DNA of 47,167 bases. Origin: a virus (taxonomy: Duplodnaviria > Caudoviricetes). The position numbers and the translations under genes were made by a program. Of the stretch, positions 8,927 to 18,215 are shown piece after piece; position 1 is the first letter of the stretch, and each line of letters begins with the position of its first letter. The notes beneath the pieces are model-generated. The model was not told the DNA's origin, did no database searches, and saw nothing but the letters and a program-made list of their open reading frames with translations. The stretch spans positions 1-47,167 of the IMG/VR virus record IMGVR_UViG_3300040971_000176; one strand, 5' to 3'.

Positions 8927-9240
8927 ACACCTTCCAGGCCATTCCGGGCATGCCCGGGTACGAGGTCAACGGCCTTGGCCAGGTGCGGGGCCGTAGCGGT
9001 AGGATTCTCAAGCACGATCCGGACGGGCGCGTGCAGATCAATACTCCCCGTGGCCCGCGTCGTTTCTACATTGGGGAACTGGCACCCGTGTGCAAGGTTC
9101 TAACGCTCGATCCGGTCGAATCGGAGGCCCAGGATGACCAGGCCGCCGTCCTGCAGCGACGGATAGACCACCTGGAGCGAGTCATCATGGAATATGAGGC
9201 GACCCACGGAAGTTTCGACCCTTTTGGAGGTGAAGCATGA
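8923..9240 (+). CDS. NUMOD4-like domain protein, no evident HNH
   Basis: AIPGMPGYEVNGLGQVRG resembles the NUMOD4 motif. Confidence 0.55.
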   Translation: MNTFQAIPGMPGYEVNGLGQVRGRSGRILKHDPDGRVQINTPRGPRRFYIGELAPVCKVLTLDPVESEAQDDQAAVLQRRIDHLERVIMEYEATHGSFDPFGGEA

Positions 9241-9548
9241 CAACGGCGGAAATGGTGAATTTGATCAGGGCCAACAACCAGCCGCTGAGCCACAAGGCGC
9301 TGCGAGCGATCGCCGACAGGTTGGAAGAGCAAGACGCGCACCTGCGCTCTGCTCTGGCCACTTTGAACACCCAGATGCAGGTGGTCACGGACCAGGAAGA
9401 GCAGCTGCGTGGGATGGGTGGAGAGCTGGCAGAAAGTGAGCAGCATCGGCGGTTGCTGACTGTCCAAAATCTTGAGCTGCTTGCGACGTGTGATGTCCTC
9501 AGGGCGGAACTGTCAAACCTTGAACGGGATCTGGATATAGCCAGTTAG
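9237..9548 (+). CDS. Coiled-coil hypothetical protein
   Basis: GGAGG SD; heptad-rich. Confidence 0.6.
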   Translation: MTTAEMVNLIRANNQPLSHKALRAIADRLEEQDAHLRSALATLNTQMQVVTDQEEQLRGMGGELAESEQHRRLLTVQNLELLATCDVLRAELSNLERDLDIAS

Positions 9549-9605
9549 CGAAACCCCGGAAGCGGGGTCATCCGGGCGTGGCGGTCCGGATCTGATGAGC
9601 AGCCA
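9548..9605 (+). ncRNA. Type II hammerhead ribozyme #2
   Basis: GAAA (9550), stem III ACCCCG-GAAG-CGGGGT, GTC (9567-9569), stem I ATCCGGGC/GTCCGGAT, CTGATGA (9592-9598); same GTGGCG loop and GCCA pseudoknot partner as copy 1. Confidence 0.88.
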
Positions 9606-9617
9606 TGGAGTATGTGA

Positions 9618-10283
9618 ATGAACAAGAAGCCAGAGGAAGCGTCTCAGAAGTTGTCCGTACAGCAGTATAGCCTACTGCAGCGGGCGTTTGATCATTTTAA
9701 CGAAGAGCTGTTTGGCGGTGAATTGCCGCAGGTGATCATGACGCTGCATCGTCACCGTGGCGCCGTTGGCTATTTCAGTCCGGAGCGCTTCACGCTGCGC
9801 GCCGACGCGGAAATGAGCGTGCACGAAATAGCATTGAATCCAGACTACTTCCGGGAAACGATCCCCACAACGCGCACCCTGTCGACTCTTGTCCACGAGC
9901 AGGTGCACCTCTGGCAGGCTGAGTTCGGTGAGAAAAAGCCAAAGCGGGCATATCACAATCGTGAATGGGCCGACAAAATGGAAGAGGTCGGTCTGATGCC
10001 ATCTACCACCGGCGACAGCCACGGGAAGCGGACCGGCCAGAGGTGCACGCACTACATAATGAGCGGCGGAAGGTTTGAGCATGTCGCCGCCAACTTTCTT
10101 GCCGCAACCCATGACGCATTTTTGGTTAACGCTAAGCCGCATGATCTTGAGTTGAAAAAAAATGATAAAAATAAGGTATGTTACGAGTGCGGAACATGCC
10201 TGCAGAAAGCCTGGGCGAAGCCTGAGGCGAAGCTGATCTGTGGCAACTGCGATGAGCCGATGCCGCCCAAAGAAAAGAACTGA
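9618..10283 (+). CDS. SprT-like zinc metalloprotease with C-terminal zinc ribbon
   Basis: FDHFNEELFGGELP; TLVHEQVHLWQ (HExxH); AYHNREW; CGTC...CGNC. Confidence 0.85.
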   Translation: MNKKPEEASQKLSVQQYSLLQRAFDHFNEELFGGELPQVIMTLHRHRGAVGYFSPERFTLRADAEMSVHEIALNPDYFRETIPTTRTLSTLVHEQVHLWQAEFGEKKPKRAYHNREWADKMEEVGLMPSTTGDSHGKRTGQRCTHYIMSGGRFEHVAANFLAATHDAFLVNAKPHDLELKKNDKNKVCYECGTCLQKAWAKPEAKLICGNCDEPMPPKEKN

Positions 10284-10317
10284 TTTTGTATCGTACGAAA
10301 CAAAGGAGAATGTCATC

Positions 10318-10725
10318 ATGGCTGTGTACCCGTCGCGCCGCGCTCTAACCGCCCAGATCCATATCGCAAAAAAGGATTTAGCCATGGACGATGAAGCATA
10401 CCGGGCTATGCTCAACGAGCGTTTCGGGGTTGAGTCTTCCGGGTCCCTGGGCATCTTGAAGCTCAAAGACCTGGTTGCCCATTTTGAAAAGCTGGGATGG
10501 GTGCCGAAGCGCAACCCAAAGCCGCGCAACGACATCGCCCGCCTTTGCAAACGGATCTGGGCGCAGTGCTACAGCCTGGGGCGGCCTGTGCCAGATTATG
10601 GCGATGCCATCGCCAAGCAGATGTTCGGCATCGACAAGGTGATCTGGTGCAACGCGTATCAATTGCGAGCCATCACCACGGCCTTGACGAAGCAGCAGGT
10701 CAAGGAAGGAGCTGAGACGGAATGA
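10318..10725 (+). CDS. GemA-like (DUF1018) protein
   Basis: AQIHIAKKDLAMDDEAYRAML...FEKLGW signature; position before the Mor-like gene. Confidence 0.85.
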   Translation: MAVYPSRRALTAQIHIAKKDLAMDDEAYRAMLNERFGVESSGSLGILKLKDLVAHFEKLGWVPKRNPKPRNDIARLCKRIWAQCYSLGRPVPDYGDAIAKQMFGIDKVIWCNAYQLRAITTALTKQQVKEGAETE

Positions 10726-11090
10726 GTGAGCGCTGGATCTCTTTCCCAGAACTTGAGGGTGTGATCGGCAAGGTCGAAGCGGAGGCCTTGTGCAGGGCCT
10801 TCGGCGGCCTTTCCAAGTACCTGCCCCGCAAGCCAGGGGCTGAACATCCATTTGCGCCGATCATCGGGATGCGTGCACTTGAGACCCTGGCGGCCTTCAC
10901 CGGCGGTTGGCATTTGGCGCTGCCGAATCTGCGCCGCCCGGAGGCTGAGAAGAACAAGATCCTGGGCCTGCTGGACGACGGTAGGACGCATCAGGAAATT
11001 GCCGAGGAATGCAAGGTCAGTGAACGCTGGGTGAGACATTTGGCGGCCAGGAAGCGGGAAGTTCAAGGTCAGCGAAGGTTGCCGATCTAG
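10722..11090 (+). CDS. Mor/C-like transcriptional activator
   Basis: IGKVEAEALCRAFGG..YLP plus C-terminal HTH THQEIAEECKVSERWVRHL. Confidence 0.8.
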   Translation: MSERWISFPELEGVIGKVEAEALCRAFGGLSKYLPRKPGAEHPFAPIIGMRALETLAAFTGGWHLALPNLRRPEAEKNKILGLLDDGRTHQEIAEECKVSERWVRHLAARKREVQGQRRLPI

Positions 11091-11130
11091 GTCGTATATG
11101 GGTATGCTGCGGGCCGAACGAGGAGGCATC

Positions 11131-11718
11131 ATGAGTGTCACATCTTTTGGGGAGAAATTCGCCACAGCAGAAGAACATGTCCGCTCGGGGTTCGCCCGCA
11201 TCATGAATGGGACAGACCTGCCAGAAGACATCAAAGCGAGAGTATTCACAATGTACGCACCAGCGCATGCGAAAGGCGATCCGCGTGCAGAACTTAGCGC
11301 GTTCAAAGGCCACATTACGAGCAACTTTGAGTGGTTATGGTTTGAAAAGAACAAGCTGAATTTTGAGAAGACGGGCGCATTCCCGTATATGTGGAAACGA
11401 CGCGCTAAAAGGGATAGCCTGGCATTTAAGGTTGAAATTCTGGCCCACACGGTAACCATGGCGGTTTTTTCAGCAGCTCATGCCGCTAGGCGGGAATTGT
11501 TGGATGAGATATTTCTGAGAACTATGGGCGAGGTGATCACCCCGTCAGCTGACTGTCCAGTTGAAAACAATGTTGCGGAATTATTTAACTTAGGAGAAAT
11601 TGGTGGGTATCCTCCGTTTTTCCCGGGTGATAGGTCCATGGTTGTGCTCAAATCTCGCGCAAAACTGCGAGAGTTCGGGTTCTCTGAGGAAAATTATAGG
11701 CGCTGCAAGCTGACTTGA
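11131..11718 (+). CDS. Moron-like hypothetical protein
   Basis: GGAGG SD before ATG 11131; more AT-rich than its neighbours; lies between early and late regions. Confidence 0.65.
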   Translation: MSVTSFGEKFATAEEHVRSGFARIMNGTDLPEDIKARVFTMYAPAHAKGDPRAELSAFKGHITSNFEWLWFEKNKLNFEKTGAFPYMWKRRAKRDSLAFKVEILAHTVTMAVFSAAHAARRELLDEIFLRTMGEVITPSADCPVENNVAELFNLGEIGGYPPFFPGDRSMVVLKSRAKLREFGFSEENYRRCKLT

Positions 11719-11770
11719 GGCCATATCCAAGGGCTATCGAACAACTAATACACCAAAATCCAAAGGATGC

Positions 11771-11819
11771 CGCCAGGAAGCGCATCCGTCATGACCGCCA
11801 CCAAGGGCCGGGATAGATG
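11771..11819 (+). promoter_or_regulatory. Putative activator-dependent late promoter (Plys-like)
   Basis: CGCCAGGAA-N6-CCGTC then TAGATG 23 bp downstream; same motif and spacing at 20531. Confidence 0.55.
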
Positions 11820-11845
11820 AAAGTCTACCCGGCCTTTCTATTTTC
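11806..11845 (+). terminator. Terminator-like hairpin before the lysis genes
   Basis: GGCCGGG(A)TAGA...TCTACCCGGCC followed by TTTCTATTTT. Confidence 0.45.
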
Positions 11846-11870
11846 TTACTCAACCAGGTGGAGGTCCGAT

Positions 11871-12191
11871 GTGAAGCTCGACAAATTTTCCCGCATTACG
11901 CGCATTCGCATGTTGTGGTGCGCCATCTACGCCCTGGTGCTTCTGTTGACAGTGGCATGGATCGCCCCGCAGCAGGTGCCCGTAATCGTCTACAAGCTCA
12001 ACTTGATCCTCCTCGCCTCAGTGACCGGTTATTGGCTGGACCGTTGGGCGTTTCCGTACGCCCGCCCGGATCGTTTTTTAACGGCCGACGGCGAGGTGAA
12101 GGTGAACCACAAGAGGGTCTTTGGCGCTTCCCTCGTGCGCCGGGCCATCATCATGGGGGCGGCGATGCTGGCCGTCGGGATGGGGCTGTGA
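11871..12191 (+). CDS. Putative holin (2/3-TM family)
   Basis: GGAGG SD + GTG; TM helices; PQQVPVIVYKL...GYWLDRWAFPYARP. Confidence 0.8.
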   Translation: MKLDKFSRITRIRMLWCAIYALVLLLTVAWIAPQQVPVIVYKLNLILLASVTGYWLDRWAFPYARPDRFLTADGEVKVNHKRVFGASLVRRAIIMGAAMLAVGMGL

Positions 12192-12826
12192 AGCGTTGGA
12201 ATTGGGAACTGATCCTGGTCCTGGTTTTGTGCGCCATTACCGGGGCCCTGATCTTTGCAGTCTTCGCGCGGGCTGCAGAAATCCCCCGCCAGGCCCTGCA
12301 GCACCGCGCTCTTCTAACACGTGAAGCCCGTGCAGTCTGGGGCTTCGACGCGCCCGTGGCCACCTTCGCCGCACAAATCCACCAAGAGAGCGCATGGCGC
12401 GAGGACGCGGTGTCCAAGGCTGGTGCACAGGGCCTCGCGCAATTCATGCCCACAACAGCCTCATGGATGCCGCAGGTTGCGCCCGAAACCGGAGAGCCCA
12501 TGCCGTTCTCTCCCAGCTGGGCGATCCGTGCCATGGTCACGTATGACCGCTGGCTGTTCCGCCGCATCGGAGCGTGGACGGACTGCGACCGCTGGGCCTT
12601 CACCTTGAGTGCCTACAACGGCGGCCTTGGTTGGGTGCAACGGGACAAAGCCTTGACGCTGAAAAAACGCATGGACCCTAACAAGTGGAGCCATGTCGCC
12701 CTTCACAACGCCGGCAGATCAGCCTCAAATTTTCGTGAAAATAGAGGGTACCCCACTCGCATCCTCGGGCCGCTCACAAACTTATACAGGGCGGCAGGTT
12801 GGGGAAAGGGGGCCTGTGATGATTAA
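12188..12826 (+). CDS. Endolysin, SLT lytic transglycosylase with N-terminal TM/signal
   Basis: QIHQESAW, GAQGLAQFMP and SAYNGG motifs. Confidence 0.9.
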   Translation: MKRWNWELILVLVLCAITGALIFAVFARAAEIPRQALQHRALLTREARAVWGFDAPVATFAAQIHQESAWREDAVSKAGAQGLAQFMPTTASWMPQVAPETGEPMPFSPSWAIRAMVTYDRWLFRRIGAWTDCDRWAFTLSAYNGGLGWVQRDKALTLKKRMDPNKWSHVALHNAGRSASNFRENRGYPTRILGPLTNLYRAAGWGKGACDD

Positions 12827-13259
12827 GGCCCTGCTGTCTCTACTCACCGGCCAGCGGAGCTGGATTCCGCTGGCCGTCATGGCTGCCATGCTGCTTGCTG
12901 CCGGCGCGTGGATCTACGTGCAGGAGCTGCGCCTCGATACCGCCCGGTCCGACTCTGATCGGAAGATCCAGGCCGAGCAGGCCGCACACGATGTGACCAG
13001 GTCAGAGCTGACTCATGCCCGAGTGGATATCGCCAGACTGCAAGTCCAACTTGATGCCGCGCACAACTCGACGGCCGCCATACAAGGCAGCCTGCGCGAT
13101 GCTCTGGCCCGTGAAGCCGAGGCTGTCAGTGCTGCGGCGGCACGTAAGCAGATTTTGGATAAAATGCGGACGAGGGTCCGGCCCGAGGAAGAAAAGCTGG
13201 AGGTGATCGATGACGCGACACGCGCTGCTGTTGCTGCTTGGCTCAATCGCCCTTTGTAG
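12819..13259 (+). CDS. i-spanin (Rz-like)
   Basis: N-terminal TM plus coiled coil, after the endolysin. Confidence 0.7.
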   Translation: MIKALLSLLTGQRSWIPLAVMAAMLLAAGAWIYVQELRLDTARSDSDRKIQAEQAAHDVTRSELTHARVDIARLQVQLDAAHNSTAAIQGSLRDALAREAEAVSAAAARKQILDKMRTRVRPEEEKLEVIDDATRAAVAAWLNRPL

Positions 13260-13485
13260 CGCCTGCGCCAAGTCCACGCCGGTGATCATAACCGTGCCTG
13301 TGGTCGAATGCCCCGCTCCGGTCCGCCCGACGTTGCCGGATGTGGACCCAGCCCTGCCTCTGGACCACGCGGCCAACGTTGAGGTGCTCATGATCCGCGA
13401 TGACGCGCTAAGGGCGTACGTCCACGGAATGGAGTCCACCATCGGGTGCTACAAAAATCAAGTCGAGGGTCACCACCATGAATAA
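13210..13485 (+). CDS. o-spanin (Rz1-like lipoprotein)
   Basis: Signal peptide with lipobox-like LCSAC; Pro-rich; overlaps the i-spanin. Confidence 0.7.
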   Translation: MTRHALLLLLGSIALCSACAKSTPVIITVPVVECPAPVRPTLPDVDPALPLDHAANVEVLMIRDDALRAYVHGMESTIGCYKNQVEGHHHE

Positions 13486-13783
13486 CAATTTTGCGGCCCG
13501 CCTCGCGAAGATACCCCCAGACCTATTGGAGTTGGCAAGAGGTGGCTGTTGGCCAAACGCACCACTTGAAGAAGTGGTGGCTCACGCCGAAATGATGATC
13601 CGGGCCAGGGACGGGAAGCCGCATCCCAGAAATGAGGACAAGGTCAAGTGGTGGCCGGGTCTGTCGTATCGCGACACGCGTGTCATTCGGGACGCCTTGG
13701 CCGGACACGAAACGGTTATCGAGGAAGACGTGGCTACACTGCGCAAACTTCGAGGATGGTTTGAGGGGACGCTGAATGGATGA
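13478..13783 (+). CDS. Hypothetical protein
   Basis: Overlapping operon position. Confidence 0.6.
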   Translation: MNNNFAARLAKIPPDLLELARGGCWPNAPLEEVVAHAEMMIRARDGKPHPRNEDKVKWWPGLSYRDTRVIRDALAGHETVIEEDVATLRKLRGWFEGTLNG

Positions 13784-13988
13784 GGTTGACGACTCCCAAA
13801 AAGCTGAACGCCTGTACCGTCAGGAGGCGCTGGATAGACACAAGCAAATCAGTACTCCTGGGTGGAAGAGCCTGACCCACTGTATCGACTGCGGGGATCC
13901 GATCCCCGAAAAACGGCGTCTGGCAATCGAGGGATGTTTGCGCTGCTATGAGTGCCAAGTTGAATTTTACAAGGAGAATGGCTGGTGA
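13776..13988 (+). CDS. TraR/DksA C4 zinc-finger protein
   Basis: MDEVD...CIDCGDPIPEKRRLAIEGCLRCYECQ. Confidence 0.9.
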   Translation: MDEVDDSQKAERLYRQEALDRHKQISTPGWKSLTHCIDCGDPIPEKRRLAIEGCLRCYECQVEFYKENGW

Positions 13989-14341
13989 TTGAAACGATTC
14001 TCAAGGTTGCTCCACTGCTGCTTACAGTCGTGCAGCTACTGCTGGCATGGGTCATCTGGAGCATGCGTAAGGAGTTTGTCCGCCAGACCGACTGCGCCAC
14101 GCATAAGAAGGAGTTGGCGTCGTGCCACGCGGCCCTGGCCGCTCGCGTCACAAGTACTGAGGCCGATATCGGCAATATGCCGCAGCCGGCCGCCTGGTCA
14201 AAGATGCAGGTGGCTATCGAAGAGGTGCGCGGGTCGAACCGCGTCGTGTTGGCCAAGCTGGAAGGACAGAACGAACTGCTTAAACGCATCGAGCACCCGA
14301 TGCAGCTTTTGATGGAACACCATCTGAAGGGGGAAAAGTGA
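13985..14341 (+). CDS. DUF2730-like membrane-anchored protein
   Basis: N-terminal TM plus coiled coil, in the Mu gp25-type position. Confidence 0.65.
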   Translation: MIETILKVAPLLLTVVQLLLAWVIWSMRKEFVRQTDCATHKKELASCHAALAARVTSTEADIGNMPQPAAWSKMQVAIEEVRGSNRVVLAKLEGQNELLKRIEHPMQLLMEHHLKGEK

Positions 14342-14634
14342 GCTTCAAAAATCTGTTGACCGAGGACCGTCGCCTGGTCCTCTTGCGCTTCCTGGACGAA
14401 GCCCCTGGGCGGGAGCTGAACACCTCCGTGCTGCATACGGCCCTGGACGCCTATGGTCACGCCGTGAGCCGCGACCAGGTGGAGACGGACGCCGCCTGGC
14501 TGGCCGAGCAGGGGCTGGTGGCGCTTGAATGCGTCGGCCCGGTGCGAGTGGCGGCACTGACTGGTCGCGGCGCGGACGTCGCTCATGGCCGGGCCGTGGT
14601 GCCGGGCGTGAAGCGCCCCGGGCCGAGGAGCTGA
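14338..14634 (+). CDS. Mu gp26-like winged-helix protein
   Basis: EDRRLVLLRFL...WLAEQGLV...LTGRGADVAHG...PGVKRP. Confidence 0.8.
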   Translation: MSFKNLLTEDRRLVLLRFLDEAPGRELNTSVLHTALDAYGHAVSRDQVETDAAWLAEQGLVALECVGPVRVAALTGRGADVAHGRAVVPGVKRPGPRS

Positions 14635-14635
14635 C

Positions 14636-15205
14636 ATGGCCGCCATCTCCACAGTGAAGCGATTGCCGCGCGAGATCCGCGAGGAGATCCACCGGCTGCT
14701 GGATACGGGCCAGACTCTGGACGCCATTGTCGGGCACCTGCGGGACATGGGCGTTAACGAGGTCAGCCGCAGCGCCTTGGGGCGTTACAAAAAGAATTTC
14801 GATGCCGTGGTTGAAAGAGTGCGCAGATCCAGGGAGATCGCCGACGTTCTGGTGCGCCAGTTCGGGCATGAGGATGAGAGCAAGGCCATGCGCGCCAACA
14901 TCGAGATGATGCACGGCATTGTCTCGGACATGCTCATGCAGGTTGGGGATGGAGAGAACGAAGATGGCGAGAGCCGCCCTGTTCTCCTAGAACCCAAGGC
15001 CGCGCATGACTTGGCCAAGGCGCTGGACCATCTGGCACGGGCGAAGAAGACGGACCAGGAGGCCATCATCCGGATCCGCGAGGAGGCCACCAAGGAAGCA
15101 ACCCAAAAAGCCGCCGAGGCAGTGGTCGCCGTGGGCAAGCAGGAAGGCATGTCCGGAGATCTGCGCCAGAAGATCCTGACGGCCATGGGCGTCAAGGGGG
15201 CCTGA
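14636..15205 (+). CDS. Putative small terminase (Mu gp27/DUF3486)
   Basis: STVKRLPREIRE...VSRSALGRY; directly before the large terminase. Confidence 0.8.
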   Translation: MAAISTVKRLPREIREEIHRLLDTGQTLDAIVGHLRDMGVNEVSRSALGRYKKNFDAVVERVRRSREIADVLVRQFGHEDESKAMRANIEMMHGIVSDMLMQVGDGENEDGESRPVLLEPKAAHDLAKALDHLARAKKTDQEAIIRIREEATKEATQKAAEAVVAVGKQEGMSGDLRQKILTAMGVKGA

Positions 15206-16677
15206 TGTCATCTGAATTGCTCCTCCCCTATCAGGGAGTCTGGGTCGCGGACCGCGCCCGGGTCAAGGTCTGGGAAAAATCCAGACGCATCGGCGCTTCC
15301 TACGGGGAAGCGTTTGATTCCGTGATGGAGGCCGCGTTGACCCGCGAGGATGGCGGGCAGTCCACCTATTACCTTTCCTACAACAAGGAGATGACCCAGC
15401 AGTTCATCAAGGACTGCGCCTTTTGGGCCAAGACCCTGAACCAGGCGGCGGGTGAAATGGAAGAGGTGGTGCTCAAGGATGAGGACAAGGACATCACCGT
15501 TTACCGGATCCGCTTCGCTTCCGGCTTCGACATCTGGGGCCTGCCTTCTGAGGCCAGATCTTTGAGATCGAAACAAGGCCGGGTCATCATCGATGAAGCC
15601 GCGTTCGTCGACGATCTGCCCGAACTGCTGAAAGCTGCGAACGCGCTCCTCATGTGGGGCGGCAGCGTTCGTATCATCTCCACCCATAACGGCGACGACA
15701 ATCCCTTCAACGAATTGATCCAGGATATCCGGGCCGGGAAGAAGGCCTACAGCCTGCACCGAACCACGCTGGACGAAGCGCTGGGTGACGGCCTGTACCG
15801 CCGCATCTGTCAGGTCACAGGGAAAGAATGGACGCCAGAGCTGGAGGCCAAGTGGCGGGATGCGCTGATCGCCGACTATGGCGATGGAGCCGACGAGGAA
15901 CTTTTCTGCATCCCGGCCAGCGGTACCGGAGCGTACCTGACCCGCAACATGATCGAATCCGTGATGGACCCAGCCATCCCCGTTATCAGATGGGAACCGC
16001 CCGCGAAAGATTTTGTGGACTGGCCCCTGGACCGCGCCATGCGGGAGACGCGGGACTGGTGCGAAGAGCACCTGGATCCGCTCCTGGCTGCTGCCGATCC
16101 AGGCCTGCGCAGCTACTTGGGCCAGGACTTTGGGCGTTCCGGAGACTTGTCGGTACTGCATCCCGCTCAGGAAGCCGCAAACCTGGACCTCAAGACTTTG
16201 TTCGTGCTGGAGCTGCGTAACTGCCCATTCAGGACCCAGCGCCAGATCCTCTTTTACATCCTGGATCGCCTACCTCGCTTCAGTCGGGCGGCCTTGGACG
16301 CGCGCGGCAATGGTCAGGCGCTGGCCGAAGAGACGCGTCAGGCCTATGGCGCGAGCCGTGTCGAGGAAGTGATGCTATCCGAGACGTGGTACCGGGAAAA
16401 CATGCCCAAGCTCAAAGCCCAGTTTGAAGATCGCACGTGGAACATGCCCAAGGACAGCCTGATCCTGGACGATTACAGGGCGCTCAAGATCGTACGCGGC
16501 GTGGCGCGCGTTCCCGACGTGAGGACCCAGGACAAAGGCGGCAAGCGCCACGGTGACGCCGCCATTGCCGGGGCGATGTTGGTCCATGCCGTAAAACTCG
16601 ACGGCGGCCCGGTTGAATACGCCTACCAGCCCGTGCGGCGCGAGAATACAATGAGAACGAGGGGGAGACTGCTATGA
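15205..16677 (+). CDS. Terminase large subunit (Mu gp28-like)
   Basis: EKSRRIGASY, VIIDEAAF, ISTHNG, GQDFGRSGD, HGDAAIA. Confidence 0.93.
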   Translation: MSSELLLPYQGVWVADRARVKVWEKSRRIGASYGEAFDSVMEAALTREDGGQSTYYLSYNKEMTQQFIKDCAFWAKTLNQAAGEMEEVVLKDEDKDITVYRIRFASGFDIWGLPSEARSLRSKQGRVIIDEAAFVDDLPELLKAANALLMWGGSVRIISTHNGDDNPFNELIQDIRAGKKAYSLHRTTLDEALGDGLYRRICQVTGKEWTPELEAKWRDALIADYGDGADEELFCIPASGTGAYLTRNMIESVMDPAIPVIRWEPPAKDFVDWPLDRAMRETRDWCEEHLDPLLAAADPGLRSYLGQDFGRSGDLSVLHPAQEAANLDLKTLFVLELRNCPFRTQRQILFYILDRLPRFSRAALDARGNGQALAEETRQAYGASRVEEVMLSETWYRENMPKLKAQFEDRTWNMPKDSLILDDYRALKIVRGVARVPDVRTQDKGGKRHGDAAIAGAMLVHAVKLDGGPVEYAYQPVRRENTMRTRGRLL

Positions 16678-18215
16678 TCCTGGATCAGTACGGCAAGCCG
16701 GTTCGCAAGAACATGTTGGACAAGGAAATCGCGGCCCCTGGTTTAACCGGGGTCCGTTCGCTTTGGAACTTCGCTCAAGTGGCATCCGGCCTCACACCTG
16801 GTAGGCTGGCCTGCCTTCTCAGGGACGCCGCCGAAGGTGATCACACTGCGTATCTGTCTTTGGCAGAAGAGATGGAAGAACGGGACGGGCACTATGCATC
16901 CGTTCTCGGCACCAGGAAGCGGGCGGTGTCCGGGCTGCCCGTAGTGGTCGAGGCTGCCAGCGATGCGCCCAAGGATGTGCAGCTAGCGGATGAGATCCGT
17001 GCGCTGTTTGGACGCGGCACAAAAAGCATGATGGAACATTGCCTGGACGCCCTGGGCAAGGGCTTCGCTGTGGTGGAAATTATTTGGGACAGGTCGTCCA
17101 CTCCTTGGAAACCTGCCCGCTATGAGTGGCGCGACCCGCGTTTTTTCCAGTTTGACATGGAGTCTCGCACGGAAATCCGGCTGCGCGACGAAGCGGACAT
17201 GATGAATGGCATCCCCCTGGAGCCTTACAAATTCATCAGACACGTCCCCCAGCTCAAGAGCGGCATCCCGATCCGGGGAGGCCTCGCCCGTGTCGTGGCT
17301 TGGTCCTGGATGTTTAAGACCTTTGGCATCAAGGATTGGATGGCTTTTGCCGAGGTTTTCGGCATGCCCTTGCGCCTCGGCAAGTACAGATCGGGCGAAC
17401 CGCAGGCGAATATAGACATCCTGAAAGCCGCCGTGGCCAACCTGGGCATCGACGCGGCCGCAGTGATCCCTGAAGGAATGCAGATCGAATTTCAAGAGCT
17501 GGCCAATAGCACGGGCGGCGCGGATCTATTTGAACGCATGGCGAACTGGATGGACTCCCAGATATCCAAGGCCGTGCTCGGCCAGACCATGACCGCAGAT
17601 AACGGGTCAAGCAGATCCCAGGCCGAGGTGCACAACGAGGTGCGCAAGGACTTGCGGGATGCCGATGCGGACCAACTGGCCGAGTCCTTGGAACGCGACC
17701 TGGTCATCCCGTACACTGTCCTGAACCATGGGCCGCAGAAGGCCTACCCCAAGGTCTGCCTGCGTGAACCGGAGTCGGCAGACGTGACCGTGCTCTCCGA
17801 TGCTTTGGCCAAGCTTGTGCCACTTGGATTGCGGGTTGAGTCGTCTGAGGTGCGGGATAAGCTGGGGTTTTCGGATCCGGCCAAAGATGCTGAATGCCTG
17901 CAGCCCCAGTCGGCTCTGGTTCAGTCCGCCCCTGCCATGAACAGCATGAAGGCGCGGGCACAATACACGCCTGACCAGCAGGCTCTGGAAGACCTGGTGG
18001 CCGGGATCGTTCCGGAGGGAGCCGCAGCCTTGGATCTTGAGGGCCAGGATATTGACGAACTGATCCGGCAGGCCAGATCATTCGAGGAGCTGCGGGTCAT
18101 GCTGGCCGAGTACATGGAGCGGGACACGGATCCACTTGAAGACTCGGTGCAACGCGTCCTGGTCGCTGCGGACATGTGGGGCAGGAAGCAGGCCGGGGGC
18201 GAGGATGAAGCGTAA
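16674..18215 (+). CDS. Portal protein (Mu gp29/DUF935)
   Basis: EEMEERDGH, FAEVFGMPLRLGKY, ISKAVLGQTMT, AEVHNEVR. Confidence 0.93.
   Translation: MILDQYGKPVRKNMLDKEIAAPGLTGVRSLWNFAQVASGLTPGRLACLLRDAAEGDHTAYLSLAEEMEERDGHYASVLGTRKRAVSGLPVVVEAASDAPKDVQLADEIRALFGRGTKSMMEHCLDALGKGFAVVEIIWDRSSTPWKPARYEWRDPRFFQFDMESRTEIRLRDEADMMNGIPLEPYKFIRHVPQLKSGIPIRGGLARVVAWSWMFKTFGIKDWMAFAEVFGMPLRLGKYRSGEPQANIDILKAAVANLGIDAAAVIPEGMQIEFQELANSTGGADLFERMANWMDSQISKAVLGQTMTADNGSSRSQAEVHNEVRKDLRDADADQLAESLERDLVIPYTVLNHGPQKAYPKVCLREPESADVTVLSDALAKLVPLGLRVESSEVRDKLGFSDPAKDAECLQPQSALVQSAPAMNSMKARAQYTPDQQALEDLVAGIVPEGAAALDLEGQDIDELIRQARSFEELRVMLAEYMERDTDPLEDSVQRVLVAADMWGRKQAGGEDEA

Noticed and set aside
7369-9605. The two repeats as terminators or REP elements
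   Set aside because: No U-tracts; the invariant positions are exactly the hammerhead core
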